From an uncultured bacterium (GTDB lineage Bacteria; Eisenbacteria; RBG-16-71-46; CAZAMP01), in NCBI GenBank assembly GCA_964486455.1, contig CAZAMP010000007.1, positions 18,280 through 82,279 of the forward strand: DNA of 64,000 nt. Reading direction: 5' to 3'. The notes beneath the pieces are model-generated. The model was not told the DNA's origin and made no database searches. It saw only the letters and a program-made list of their open reading frames with translations. The number at the start of each line of letters is the position of its first letter. The first letter of the stretch is position 1. The position numbers and the translations under genes are program-made. Of the stretch, positions 38,542 through 47,938 are shown in pieces.

Positions 38542-40890
38542 CTACCGGCTCCGCGCCGCGTCGAGACCGCTCGCGAGCCGCGAGAGCCGCGCGTCGCGCT
38601 CAGACACGAACCGTTCGATACCTTTCAGAATCCACTCGGGAGAGAGACGCGCCTCCCCGATCACCTCGTCGACCGATCCACCGGTGCGCCAGCGATTGTC
38701 CCAGTCGGACGTCATCGCATACTCCTCGGCCACCTTGTGCGGGAGCCAGTCGTGCATCAGCCTGAGGCTTCGGTTCGAAATGACCGTGGAGTCGACCCAA
38801 TCACCGTCCGAGATGATCTGCTTCCGGTAGTCGGGCGTCTGCGCCGCGAAGAGCTGCGGGCTCACGGCGGCCACGATCTTCACGTTCAGCCCCGCCTTCT
38901 CCAGCTCGGGGAGCACGCGTAGGACGTTGTAGGTGGACATCGTCCCCTGAACGAAGATCGTCCCCATCGCTTTCTTGTCCGGCGCGTAGTCACGGATGAT
39001 GTACGCGCCCTTGGCCGCTTCGAAGTGCGAGGCCATTCCCATCGCCTTCCGATCCGGAATCTCGACCGGCGGACGCGTGAGGTGAAGCGCGATGATCGGG
39101 GCCGGCGCCTTCATCGCCGCGGCGATGGTGACGGGAACCTCGTTGTATTCCCACGGATGCAGATCGATGACCTGCCCATCCGGGAAGAGCTGCGTGACAC
39201 CCGGCGCGAAGATGCCGAAGTGCGTGCGGCTGTCTTCCGCGGTCTCGGGACCCGAATGGCCGGCGACCCAGAGCACCTTGCCGCACTTGAGATCGCAGTC
39301 TTGCGTGAGTTGCGAGAAGAGTCGCATCGGGCCGTACTTGAGATAGACAAACGATCCGTACGTCGAGCAGGTCGAGCAGAAGCCGTTGAACTCCTTCTCC
39401 GGATCGTCCGCGAAGTTCACCGTAGCGAGCCCCGTGCAGATCCCCGCGTTCGTGAACTCGGTAATCTCCTGCGGCAGAAGCGCCCCTTCCGGGTTTGATT
39501 CACGCTCGTACACACCGTATCCAGCGAAACCGTCGAAGCCCTTCGCGAAGCCGCTGATGTTCGTCGAGTCCGCGAGGTCGGCGCTCATCGCGAGAAAGAG
39601 CGGACGACCATACTTCTTCGCCGACCACGAGTTCACCCACGCGCCCCACGTCGAGAGCGCCGCGCGGTTCGGAGCCTTCTCACCCGGCTTCTTCCACATC
39701 GTCTCGGGATAGGCTTTGAAGTCATACAGCTCGTCATCGCTCAGCGGGTTCTTGGACGCGTCGAAGCGCATGGACGGCATCTCTGAGGGAACACTGTCGC
39801 CGATCTCGACGAGGCGGTCCGCGAGATACGTCACCAACGCTTCATCGTTGCGCAACACGTCGAGCACGCGACTGAAGTTCGTCTCCGCCTGCTTCATGAG
39901 CTCATCGCGGCCTTCAGGCGCGGGCTCGCCGAAGCCCTCGAGCTTGACGCCGTACTTCTCGACGAACGGGCGCTTCGTCTCCCAGAACGTTTCGGAGTTC
40001 ATCTTGTGGGCGGCGCCGTGGCTCTTGTTGCCCGTGACGATGTACTCACGTCCCTTGATCGTCTTGCCGAACGTGATCCCCGGCCGGCCCTTCGGATGAT
40101 CACCGAACACCATTTCCAGAATCGCGCGCGTCATGTCCGGCCACTCGCTGCCGCTCTTCGCCTCGTGAACGTGCCAGCCGTACGGCTCGAACCACTCACG
40201 CGGCGTGCCGTGAACGACGCTGGAGATGGGTTGGTTGTCGATGCCGAAATCGTTCCAGTCGAGAAGGTAGTAGAGATTGTCCAGGCCGAGACCGTAGGCG
40301 CTGTTCTTGGTCTCGTGGATGGCGCCGGCCGTCATGCCGCCCTCACCCTCGAGCGCGAAGACCTTCACGCCGTCCGCGCCCGCGCGCTTGAGCGCCATCG
40401 CCATGCCGGCGGCCGGGGGCGAGCCGTGTCCCGACGGACCGGTGTTGAACTTGATGAAAAGCGACTTTCCGGCCATCTCGACGTGCCCGGGAAGCCCGCC
40501 GTTGTTGCGAAGCGTCAGGAGATCTTCCCACGTGAGCGTGCGCTCGGGGCCACCGTCGACCTTGTACTTGTCGTCGCCGGTCTTGGCGTGCAGCACGCGG
40601 AGCGCCTCGTTGAACATGGCGAACACGGCGTAGAAAAGAGGTGCGGTGTGGCCGGCCACGAGAACGAAACGATCGCCGTATCGTTTCTCGGGCTTTCTAA
40701 TGTCCCACCGCATCGCGCCGGATAGCAGCGTGGCCACCATCGCGTGCACCTTCGACCGGCTGCCGCCGGGGTGACCGCTCTGGCGATAGTTCAGCATGAG
40801 GTCGATCAGCTGATCGACGACGTCCTTGATGACCTCCCACTTCTCGAAGTGCTTGGCCTGCTCCTGATAAAGCGTCTCCACCCGATCCAT
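38542..40890 (-). CDS. Transketolase-family thiamine-diphosphate-dependent enzyme (~780 aa; phosphoketolase/transketolase-like)
   Basis: N-terminal ThDP-binding signature SGHPGGSRSKVHAMVATLLSGAMRWD...DRFVLVAGHTAPLFYA. Mg/ThDP motif LEGEGGMTAGAIHE. Longer than a canonical transketolase. Start refined to the second ATG for RBS spacing. Confidence 0.6.
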   Translation of the reverse strand: MDRVETLYQEQAKHFEKWEVIKDVVDQLIDLMLNYRQSGHPGGSRSKVHAMVATLLSGAMRWDIRKPEKRYGDRFVLVAGHTAPLFYAVFAMFNEALRVLHAKTGDDKYKVDGGPERTLTWEDLLTLRNNGGLPGHVEMAGKSLFIKFNTGPSGHGSPPAAGMAMALKRAGADGVKVFALEGEGGMTAGAIHETKNSAYGLGLDNLYYLLDWNDFGIDNQPISSVVHGTPREWFEPYGWHVHEAKSGSEWPDMTRAILEMVFGDHPKGRPGITFGKTIKGREYIVTGNKSHGAAHKMNSETFWETKRPFVEKYGVKLEGFGEPAPEGRDELMKQAETNFSRVLDVLRNDEALVTYLADRLVEIGDSVPSEMPSMRFDASKNPLSDDELYDFKAYPETMWKKPGEKAPNRAALSTWGAWVNSWSAKKYGRPLFLAMSADLADSTNISGFAKGFDGFAGYGVYERESNPEGALLPQEITEFTNAGICTGLATVNFADDPEKEFNGFCSTCSTYGSFVYLKYGPMRLFSQLTQDCDLKCGKVLWVAGHSGPETAEDSRTHFGIFAPGVTQLFPDGQVIDLHPWEYNEVPVTIAAAMKAPAPIIALHLTRPPVEIPDRKAMGMASHFEAAKGAYIIRDYAPDKKAMGTIFVQGTMSTYNVLRVLPELEKAGLNVKIVAAVSPQLFAAQTPDYRKQIISDGDWVDSTVISNRSLRLMHDWLPHKVAEEYAMTSDWDNRWRTGGSVDEVIGEARLSPEWILKGIERFVSERDARLSRLASGLDAARSR

Positions 40891-41128
40891 CTTCATTCCC
40901 CTCGTGACGCCTGTACCGGCTATGTCGATATGTGAATGGTCGTTCGACGGACCCTATACGCGCCCCGCGCGGCTGGGCACAGGGCTTGGAATGATGGCAG
41001 GTTTCCGCGATCCGGGCAAGGGTGAGTGCGGGCCACATCGGACCTGGGCCGCCCCGAATCGGTGGGGTATGCTGCCGTCGATCGGCCGGAGCGAACGCGC
41101 ACGTCGCACGAGAAAGGAGGCGGTTCAC

Positions 41129-42055
41129 GTGACTGATAACTCGACACGCCGCACATGGATAGCCATCGCCGCCGGGGGGCTCCTGTTCGTTGTCTTCTGC
41201 GTCATCCTCTGGCTGGCGGGCTTCTTCGACTTCAGCGGATCGGCCGAAAGCGCGAAGATCGTCACGTCCGCGCTTGCCCTCGTGGGTGGCCTCTTCGGAT
41301 CCATCATTACCAGCGTCAGCATGCTGCTCAAGCACTCGCTGGACGAACGCAACGCCGCGCTCAAATCCGAAGCCGAAGACCGACTGAATCTCGAAGCCGC
41401 GATCCAGGCCGTGAAGCTCTTCAGCACGAGCTCCGGCGAAAGGGTGCCGGTGGTGCAACGGGCAGGCGCTCTTTTCGCGCTGTCGAGCCTCCGCCGCTAC
41501 GAGCTCGCCACGAACCTGACCGGCGAACTGCTCTCCAATGATCAGCTCACCGCGAGCAGCGCGGCCCACATCCTCAATCGCGCGCTGCTTTCGGGGGAAC
41601 GACGCGTGCAACACGAGGCGATCGGTATCCTTGAACAGAACGCCGAAAAGATGCTGACCGAGGGTGGAGCGTTCGAGTTCCCGCCGTGCCTTTCAGGTTG
41701 GGAGATGAGCCTCCCGATCTACGTGCGAGAGTGGGCGATGATCGCGCTGGGTCGCGTGCTCGTGGCCCGGCCGCGAGGGGAGTGGGGTGCCTTTCACGTC
41801 AACGGCATTCTGGCGGCGTACGGTCTGGGCTGGCTCAAGGAGACGGAGCAGCGTCTCAAGATCGACATCGGGATCCTTCTGCGGAGCATCCTCCGCGCCT
41901 ACCCGGACGTCGGCGAGCTCTATCATCCTCAGAGAACGATCGATATCGAGCAGATCCGTCAGGATGTGGAGTCGCTGCCCGAAGATCCCGTGGGTGCCGC
42001 GACCGTCGATGTGGTCCGAAGCATCGACGACTGGATGGCGCAGGAGGACGCCTGA
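41129..42055 (+). CDS. Hypothetical membrane protein (2 N-terminal TM helices + cytoplasmic/periplasmic helical domain)
   Basis: GTG start with RBS aaaggagg 8 nt upstream. The ORF-track extension upstream has no RBS or signal. TM helices WIAIAAGGLLFVVFCVILWLAGFF and IVTSALALVGGLFGSIITSVSML. Confidence 0.5.
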   Translation: MTDNSTRRTWIAIAAGGLLFVVFCVILWLAGFFDFSGSAESAKIVTSALALVGGLFGSIITSVSMLLKHSLDERNAALKSEAEDRLNLEAAIQAVKLFSTSSGERVPVVQRAGALFALSSLRRYELATNLTGELLSNDQLTASSAAHILNRALLSGERRVQHEAIGILEQNAEKMLTEGGAFEFPPCLSGWEMSLPIYVREWAMIALGRVLVARPRGEWGAFHVNGILAAYGLGWLKETEQRLKIDIGILLRSILRAYPDVGELYHPQRTIDIEQIRQDVESLPEDPVGAATVDVVRSIDDWMAQEDA

Positions 42056-43518
42056 TGATTCCGGATTTCCTGACCGACCGTATGGCAGTTGCCGTTGCCG
42101 CGATACCGCTCCTGCTGGGCCCACACCGCTCTGCCGCAGAGGAAGTCACCGCGCCCGACATCACGTTCGGCGATCTGATCGCCAGCACAACGTATATACC
42201 CGGAACGCTGATCATCGAAGGAGACGGCGAGCCGTGGACGGAGCGGGTCGAGCCCGGCCTCGCCTCCGCCTTCAGGGACGACGAGCGTGCTTACCGCGGG
42301 CTCGTGGGCGTCACGTTCTTCGTGAACAAGCCCGCGGAGGTGACGTTCTGCTGCTACCCGTCTCCGGACGCACACGTGCGAGATGAGATCTACGATTGGA
42401 TCCGCCGGGAATCGCTGCCGCGAATGGAACATGCGGAGTTCGCGCTGGCGGTCCAGTTCGCGATCAACGGCGGGGACACTCTCCAGATCCCTGAGGATTT
42501 CCCGTGCGCTTTCGAGCTCCCGTTCGAGCGGCGACTTCGCCAATTCACGGAGATGTCGTTCGCCGACCGCCATGAGTTCCTGGCGTCCTGGGCGAAACGA
42601 GAGGTGCTCCCGGCAATCGGTCACGCCATGGCAGGCGTAGATGACCGTTTCGAGGGAGTGTTGGCTTTCGCCGAGATACTGAGGAATACCGATCCGGTCG
42701 ACGACATCGATGTGGAGGCGTTGACGGACAGCTCCTCGACATACTGGCGTGCGCGATTAGAAATGGCCCTGGAGGACCCGTCGATTGTCGGCGCGAGGGT
42801 GTTTCTCCACTTGTCGCGTGGCGAGATCGACCTGGCGAAGCGTGTGCTGGTTGTGGTCAACCCATCCGCCTGCAAACCCTGTCTCGCATCCGAGTACTTG
42901 GTTGAGCTGCAGACGCTCCTCGCCGTCTACTCCGACGGGTTGTCGACGATGATCTCACTCGGAATCGACGAGTTCGATCGCGGCGAGCTCCAGGCCGCCA
43001 TCGATCGCTTTTCGAAGATCACCGATATAGCGCCGCGATGTGCCCGGGCGTGGCACGAGTATTATCTCGCGTACGGCACGAAACATGGGGACATAAACGC
43101 ACTCCATGACGAGTACGTGGCGCGCGTCTACGGTTCAGACCCCCTGTTCCCCATTGGCATGGTGGTGTCGACCGGCGAGGAAGCCTTCCGCCTCGGACGG
43201 CGGATCCGGTCCCAGGAGCTGTTCGCGGATCCCGACTCGTTCGCCGCGCACGTGCTGGAGTATGGAGACATCGCTCTCGACCTCGGCGCAATGGGGCAGG
43301 CTGCGGAACTCTACTGGGAAGCGTTGCCGTTTCAGTCCGAGGAGACCGGTTGGCGAGCGATCGACGGGCTCCTGTACTGTCTGGAGCAGCTAGGCGTCAG
43401 GGATCTCCACGAGAACTTCCGGGGTGACCACGAGGAGCGTCTGCGAAGGGTCGAAGCATCCCGTCGCAGCCGCATGGAAAGTAGCATCATGTACCAGGCC
43501 ATGGAGAAGAAACGCTAG
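42055..43518 (+). CDS. Hypothetical secreted protein, translationally coupled to the 41129 gene
   Basis: TGATG overlap. RBS caggagga. Signal peptide MIPDFLTDRMAVAVAAIPLLLGPHRSAAEE. The C-terminal third is helical-repeat-like. Confidence 0.5.
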   Translation: MIPDFLTDRMAVAVAAIPLLLGPHRSAAEEVTAPDITFGDLIASTTYIPGTLIIEGDGEPWTERVEPGLASAFRDDERAYRGLVGVTFFVNKPAEVTFCCYPSPDAHVRDEIYDWIRRESLPRMEHAEFALAVQFAINGGDTLQIPEDFPCAFELPFERRLRQFTEMSFADRHEFLASWAKREVLPAIGHAMAGVDDRFEGVLAFAEILRNTDPVDDIDVEALTDSSSTYWRARLEMALEDPSIVGARVFLHLSRGEIDLAKRVLVVVNPSACKPCLASEYLVELQTLLAVYSDGLSTMISLGIDEFDRGELQAAIDRFSKITDIAPRCARAWHEYYLAYGTKHGDINALHDEYVARVYGSDPLFPIGMVVSTGEEAFRLGRRIRSQELFADPDSFAAHVLEYGDIALDLGAMGQAAELYWEALPFQSEETGWRAIDGLLYCLEQLGVRDLHENFRGDHEERLRRVEASRRSRMESSIMYQAMEKKR

Positions 43519-43553
43519 CGCGGAAGAATGAGGATGCCCACCGCCGGTGAGGC

Positions 43554-46500
43554 TCAATCGGTTTCGCGTGCCGCTTCCACCTTCGCCAAATCGGCCGGCC
43601 TGAGGCCCAGCAGCCTGCGCCCCCCCGCGATCGCGTCTTCCAGAATCACGTAACCGACCGGGACCAGGACGAGCGTGATTCCGGTGGCGAAGATAATCCC
43701 CCATCCCAGGCTGATCGCCATCGGAATGAGGAAGCGCGCCTGCATGCTCTTCTCGAGCAACATCGGGGTGAGGCCCGCGAACGTCGTGATCGATGTCAAC
43801 GTCACCGGACGGAACCGCCGTTGCCCCGCTTCGATCACGGCGTCCCGGAGTGGCAGCCCGCGACGGCGCGCGCGATTGATGAAGTCGGTGAGGATGAGCG
43901 AGTCGTTGACGACCACACCCGAAAGCGCCACGACACCGAAGAGGCTCAGCAGGCTCAGGTCCCATCCCATCGCGAGGTGACCGAGCACGGCGCCGACGAT
44001 TCCGAACGGTATCGCCGACATCACGATCAGCGGCTGCAGGTACGAACGAAACGGAATCGCGAGCAGCGCATAGATCATGAAGAGAGCAAGGATGAATCCC
44101 CGGCCAAGGCTCGCGAGCGACTCGCGCTGGTCCTGCTGTTGCCCCTCCATCGAGATGTTCAGCCCGGGATAGTCGCTCGTGAGCATCGGGAAGATGGTCT
44201 CGGCGAGATGCGCGAGCACCTCGTTTGAGTTCGTGCGCGCGGGGTCCACGTCGGCCTGCACGCTCACGACGCGCGCGCGATCGGCCCGATTGATCGCCGC
44301 GTAGCCGGGGCCGAGCGTTACCTCGGCAACGGTCGCGAACGGAATCTCGACGCCGTCCGGCGTGCGGATCCGCATCGACTCGATGTTTCCGAGGCTCCGG
44401 CGCTCGTCGGTCGGATAGCGGACCATCACCTTCACCTCGTCCCGAGCCCGCTGGATCCGGAGCGCCTCGTCGCCGTAAAACGCCTGGCGCACCTGGCGCG
44501 CGAGATCGTCGAGCCTGATGCCCAGAAACTCCGCCTCCGGCTTGAGCGCAAGGCGGAGCTCCGTCTTGCCTTCCCGAAACGTGTCGCTGATGTCGCTGAT
44601 GCCGGGATAGTCGGCCAGCTCTGTCTTGATGTGGTCGGCGGCGGCGATGAGATCGTCGGTACGCGGGGATGAAAGCTGGATGTCGATCGGGTTCGAGCCG
44701 TGAAAGAGATCCGAGCTGAACTTGAGCGCGCTCACGCCCGGGATCTCGCCGACGGCCCGCCGCCAGCGCCTCGCGATGGCGATGCTGGAGATGTCGCGAT
44801 CCTCTCCGAAGAGAAGCTGCAGGTTGATCTCACCGACGTTGGAGCCGCTCTCGACCGCCGACCCCCCCATCGGTCCGAAGCGGCCGGCGCTTCTCGGCTG
44901 AGAGCCGACGACGGCATAGACGTGTTGGTAGAGTCGCGGGGCGTCCTCGGGACGTGACGCGGCAAAGTGCGCCTCCACCTCGTCGAGAGATCCGACGATC
45001 TGATCGAGGACCGCCTCTGTTTCGGTCGCCGGCGTGCCCTCGGGCATGGTGAGGGCGACGACCACGTTATCGGCGTCCACCTTCGGCATCAGCGTGAACT
45101 TGATGAAGCCGCCGGCGAAGAGCCCGACCGTGACGAGAAGAAGAGCGAGCGACGTCGCGAGCACGATGTAACGACGTTCCAGCGCCCACGCCAGGGTGCG
45201 CGTATACGGCTCGCGGATGAACCATCGCATCCAATCCTGAAAGCGATCCTTTGAGCGGAAAAAGACCCACTGCTTTCGATCGGTTCGTCGGACGATCCCC
45301 GTCACCGTGAGGTGCGCGGGGAGAATCAAGAGGCACTCCACAAGTGACAGCGCGAGCACGGCGATCACCACGATCGGGATATTGCGCATGACCTGCCCCA
45401 TCGTGCCCGTGACCGCGGTGAGCGGGAGAAACGCGGCGATGGTGGTGAGCACGGAGAAGATGACCGGCGTCAGCACCTCGACTGTCCCGTCGACCGACGC
45501 CTTGAGCCGCCCCTTCCCCAGCTCCTTCTGCGTGAAGACGTTCTCACCGACGACGATGGCGTCGTCGACGACGAGACCGAGCGCGACGATGAACGCGAAG
45601 AGTGAGATCATGTTCAGTGAGACGCCCCACTGCGGGATGAGCCAGAACGCACCGAGAAAGCTGATGGGAATCCCCAGCGCAACCCAAAACGCCAAACGAA
45701 ACTGCATGGCCATCGCCAGCACGATGAACACCAGCACGAGACCGATCGACCCGTTTCGGGTCAGAAGATTCAGGCGGTCCTGGTAGATCTTCGAGCGATC
45801 ACCCCAGATCGAGAGCGAGACGCCCTCCGGAAGCATGCCTTCCGCTTCGGCGATGTACTCCTTCACCGATGCGGCGACGTCCAGAACCGACTCCTCGCCG
45901 ACTCGAAACACCTGAACGATCGAAGCGGGCTTGCCGTCGAAGCGGCTCCGGTTCGCGACGTCCTCGAACCCGTCGATGATCGTCGCGATCTCGCCGAGCC
46001 GAAGCTTGGTGCCGTCGGGACGCGTCAGCAACACGACGTCGGCGTACTCCTCGCCCGTGTACTTGCGTCCCTTCGTGCGGACGAGAATCTCGCCACCGTC
46101 GGTCTTCACCTCGCCGCCGGGCATGTCGATGCTCGCCCGGCGAGCCGCGCGCGTGATGTCGCCGAGGCTCAGGCGATGACGGCGGAGCGTCTCCTCGGAC
46201 ACTTCGATGGAGATCTCGTAGTTACGCACGCCCGCGATCTCGGCCTTCGTGATCTCCCGGCGCTTCGTGAGATCGTCGCGCACGCGTTCGGCCAGCACCT
46301 TGAGCGTTCGCTCCGGCGCGTCGCCGTAGACGACGATGTTCACGACCTGATTGACGCGGAGCGAGAGACTGACCTCGGGTTTCTCGGCATTCTCGGGAAG
46401 CGTCGTAATCCGGTCGACCGCGCTCTTGATGTCGTCGAGCACGCGGTAGGCGTCGGCGTCCTCCCGGAGCTCGATCACCACGCTGCCCATACCCTCGAGC

Positions 46501-46754
46501 GCGACCGATGTCACGCGTTCGACGCCGTCCACCTCATTGACGGCCTCTTCGACGACGAGGCAGATCCCCTGCTCGACCTCTTCCGGGCCGGCACCGAGGT
46601 AGGGCACGCGCACGGAGACCATGTTGGTGAGAAGCTCGGGGAACACCTCTTTGCGGATGCCGATCGTGCTCATGAACCCGGCCACGACAATGAGGATCAT
46701 GAGCAGGTTCGCGGCCACGTGGTTCGCGGCGAACCACGACACGACGCGGTTCAT
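43554..46754 (-). CDS. RND efflux transporter permease (HAE1/AcrB family)
   Basis: 1066 aa, 12 TM, two large periplasmic loops. Conserved AcrB-family blocks (e.g. ALGLVVDDAIVVGENV). Confidence 0.9.
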   Translation of the reverse strand: MNRVVSWFAANHVAANLLMILIVVAGFMSTIGIRKEVFPELLTNMVSVRVPYLGAGPEEVEQGICLVVEEAVNEVDGVERVTSVALEGMGSVVIELREDADAYRVLDDIKSAVDRITTLPENAEKPEVSLSLRVNQVVNIVVYGDAPERTLKVLAERVRDDLTKRREITKAEIAGVRNYEISIEVSEETLRRHRLSLGDITRAARRASIDMPGGEVKTDGGEILVRTKGRKYTGEEYADVVLLTRPDGTKLRLGEIATIIDGFEDVANRSRFDGKPASIVQVFRVGEESVLDVAASVKEYIAEAEGMLPEGVSLSIWGDRSKIYQDRLNLLTRNGSIGLVLVFIVLAMAMQFRLAFWVALGIPISFLGAFWLIPQWGVSLNMISLFAFIVALGLVVDDAIVVGENVFTQKELGKGRLKASVDGTVEVLTPVIFSVLTTIAAFLPLTAVTGTMGQVMRNIPIVVIAVLALSLVECLLILPAHLTVTGIVRRTDRKQWVFFRSKDRFQDWMRWFIREPYTRTLAWALERRYIVLATSLALLLVTVGLFAGGFIKFTLMPKVDADNVVVALTMPEGTPATETEAVLDQIVGSLDEVEAHFAASRPEDAPRLYQHVYAVVGSQPRSAGRFGPMGGSAVESGSNVGEINLQLLFGEDRDISSIAIARRWRRAVGEIPGVSALKFSSDLFHGSNPIDIQLSSPRTDDLIAAADHIKTELADYPGISDISDTFREGKTELRLALKPEAEFLGIRLDDLARQVRQAFYGDEALRIQRARDEVKVMVRYPTDERRSLGNIESMRIRTPDGVEIPFATVAEVTLGPGYAAINRADRARVVSVQADVDPARTNSNEVLAHLAETIFPMLTSDYPGLNISMEGQQQDQRESLASLGRGFILALFMIYALLAIPFRSYLQPLIVMSAIPFGIVGAVLGHLAMGWDLSLLSLFGVVALSGVVVNDSLILTDFINRARRRGLPLRDAVIEAGQRRFRPVTLTSITTFAGLTPMLLEKSMQARFLIPMAISLGWGIIFATGITLVLVPVGYVILEDAIAGGRRLLGLRPADLAKVEAARETD

Positions 46755-47938
46755 CGGCGCTCCTCCGCGACGTCGGCCACGCGGACTCTCATGCCGTCAA
46801 CCGGCGCTTCGATGCGACTCGTCACGATTCGTTCTCCGGGCGACAGCCCCGTGGAGACGATGGCGTCGTGAAGTCCGGCGCGCGCCACCTCGACGGGTCG
46901 GATCGCGAGCGTCGTGTCGGCGCTGACCACCCACACGCGCCCACGGTCACGAAGCGCGCTTCGCGGAATCGCCACCGTTTCGGGAATCGAGCGTCCCTCG
47001 ATCCGTACTTCCACGAACATCCCGACCGCCAGCGGCGGCCGGCCCCCTTCGAGGCGATACGGGTCGTCCACTTCGATGATGAGCGCCACCATGCGACTTC
47101 TCTCGTCGACACCGGCTTCGGCTCGGGCCACGCACCCCTCCCAGCGATGGCGCCGACCGGCGAAGTCGGCGCTGACGACGGCGCGGCTCCCCAGGCTCGG
47201 CGGATGGAACCCGCCGTCGGGGCCGACGCGCGGCGTGGGAACCTCGATCCAGGCGAGATCGCCGTCGGGAACGGGGACGCGGATTTCAGCGGTTTCGATT
47301 CCATGGATCTGCCCGACGGCGGCTCCCATCGGAACGAATTGCCCGTCGTCAACGTTGGATCGGAGCGTGAGACCGTCGAACGGCGCGCGAATCTCGGTTC
47401 GCTCGAGATCGAGCTTCGCCTTGGCCAGCGCCGCCCGTGACGCGTCCAGATTCGCGCGTGCGAGGCCGAGCTGCGGCTCGTGCCAGGCGAGCGGTGGGGC
47501 GCTTTCCCTGCCGGATCCTTCGAGCGCCGTCCATTCTTCCCGCGCGATCTCAGCCTCCTCCTCCGCCCGGGACAGCTCGAACTCCATGCGGCTGACCTGC
47601 GCTCGGGCGGCCGCGAGCGCGGCCTCATAATCCGTGGCTTCGAGCTTGAGCAGCATGTCTCCTTTTCGAAACGCGCCGCCGGCGCGAAAACTCCCGGAAA
47701 CGGTGATGGCCTTCCCCGCAACCTGCGCGACGAGTGAGATCTCCCGCCGCGCACTCACCGTCCCGCTACCGACAACGTCGCCACGCGGTGTTTCCGCCGA
47801 GACCGTGATGATCTCCACGATCGGGGCCGGCGGCGTGCGCGCCATGCGGTGTGGAGGGCGGCGACTCTTCTTCAGGGCAACAAAAAACGCGATCCCGACA
47901 ATGAGGATCAGAAGCGGTATGAGGATCCGTCGGATCAT
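46751..47938 (-). CDS. RND efflux membrane fusion protein (periplasmic adaptor subunit)
   Basis: Start refined to MIRRILIPLLILIVGIAFF. Coiled-coil hairpin and lipoyl/beta-barrel pattern. 4-nt overlap with the RND gene. Confidence 0.8.
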   Translation of the reverse strand: MIRRILIPLLILIVGIAFFVALKKSRRPPHRMARTPPAPIVEIITVSAETPRGDVVGSGTVSARREISLVAQVAGKAITVSGSFRAGGAFRKGDMLLKLEATDYEAALAAARAQVSRMEFELSRAEEEAEIAREEWTALEGSGRESAPPLAWHEPQLGLARANLDASRAALAKAKLDLERTEIRAPFDGLTLRSNVDDGQFVPMGAAVGQIHGIETAEIRVPVPDGDLAWIEVPTPRVGPDGGFHPPSLGSRAVVSADFAGRRHRWEGCVARAEAGVDERSRMVALIIEVDDPYRLEGGRPPLAVGMFVEVRIEGRSIPETVAIPRSALRDRGRVWVVSADTTLAIRPVEVARAGLHDAIVSTGLSPGERIVTSRIEAPVDGMRVRVADVAEERR

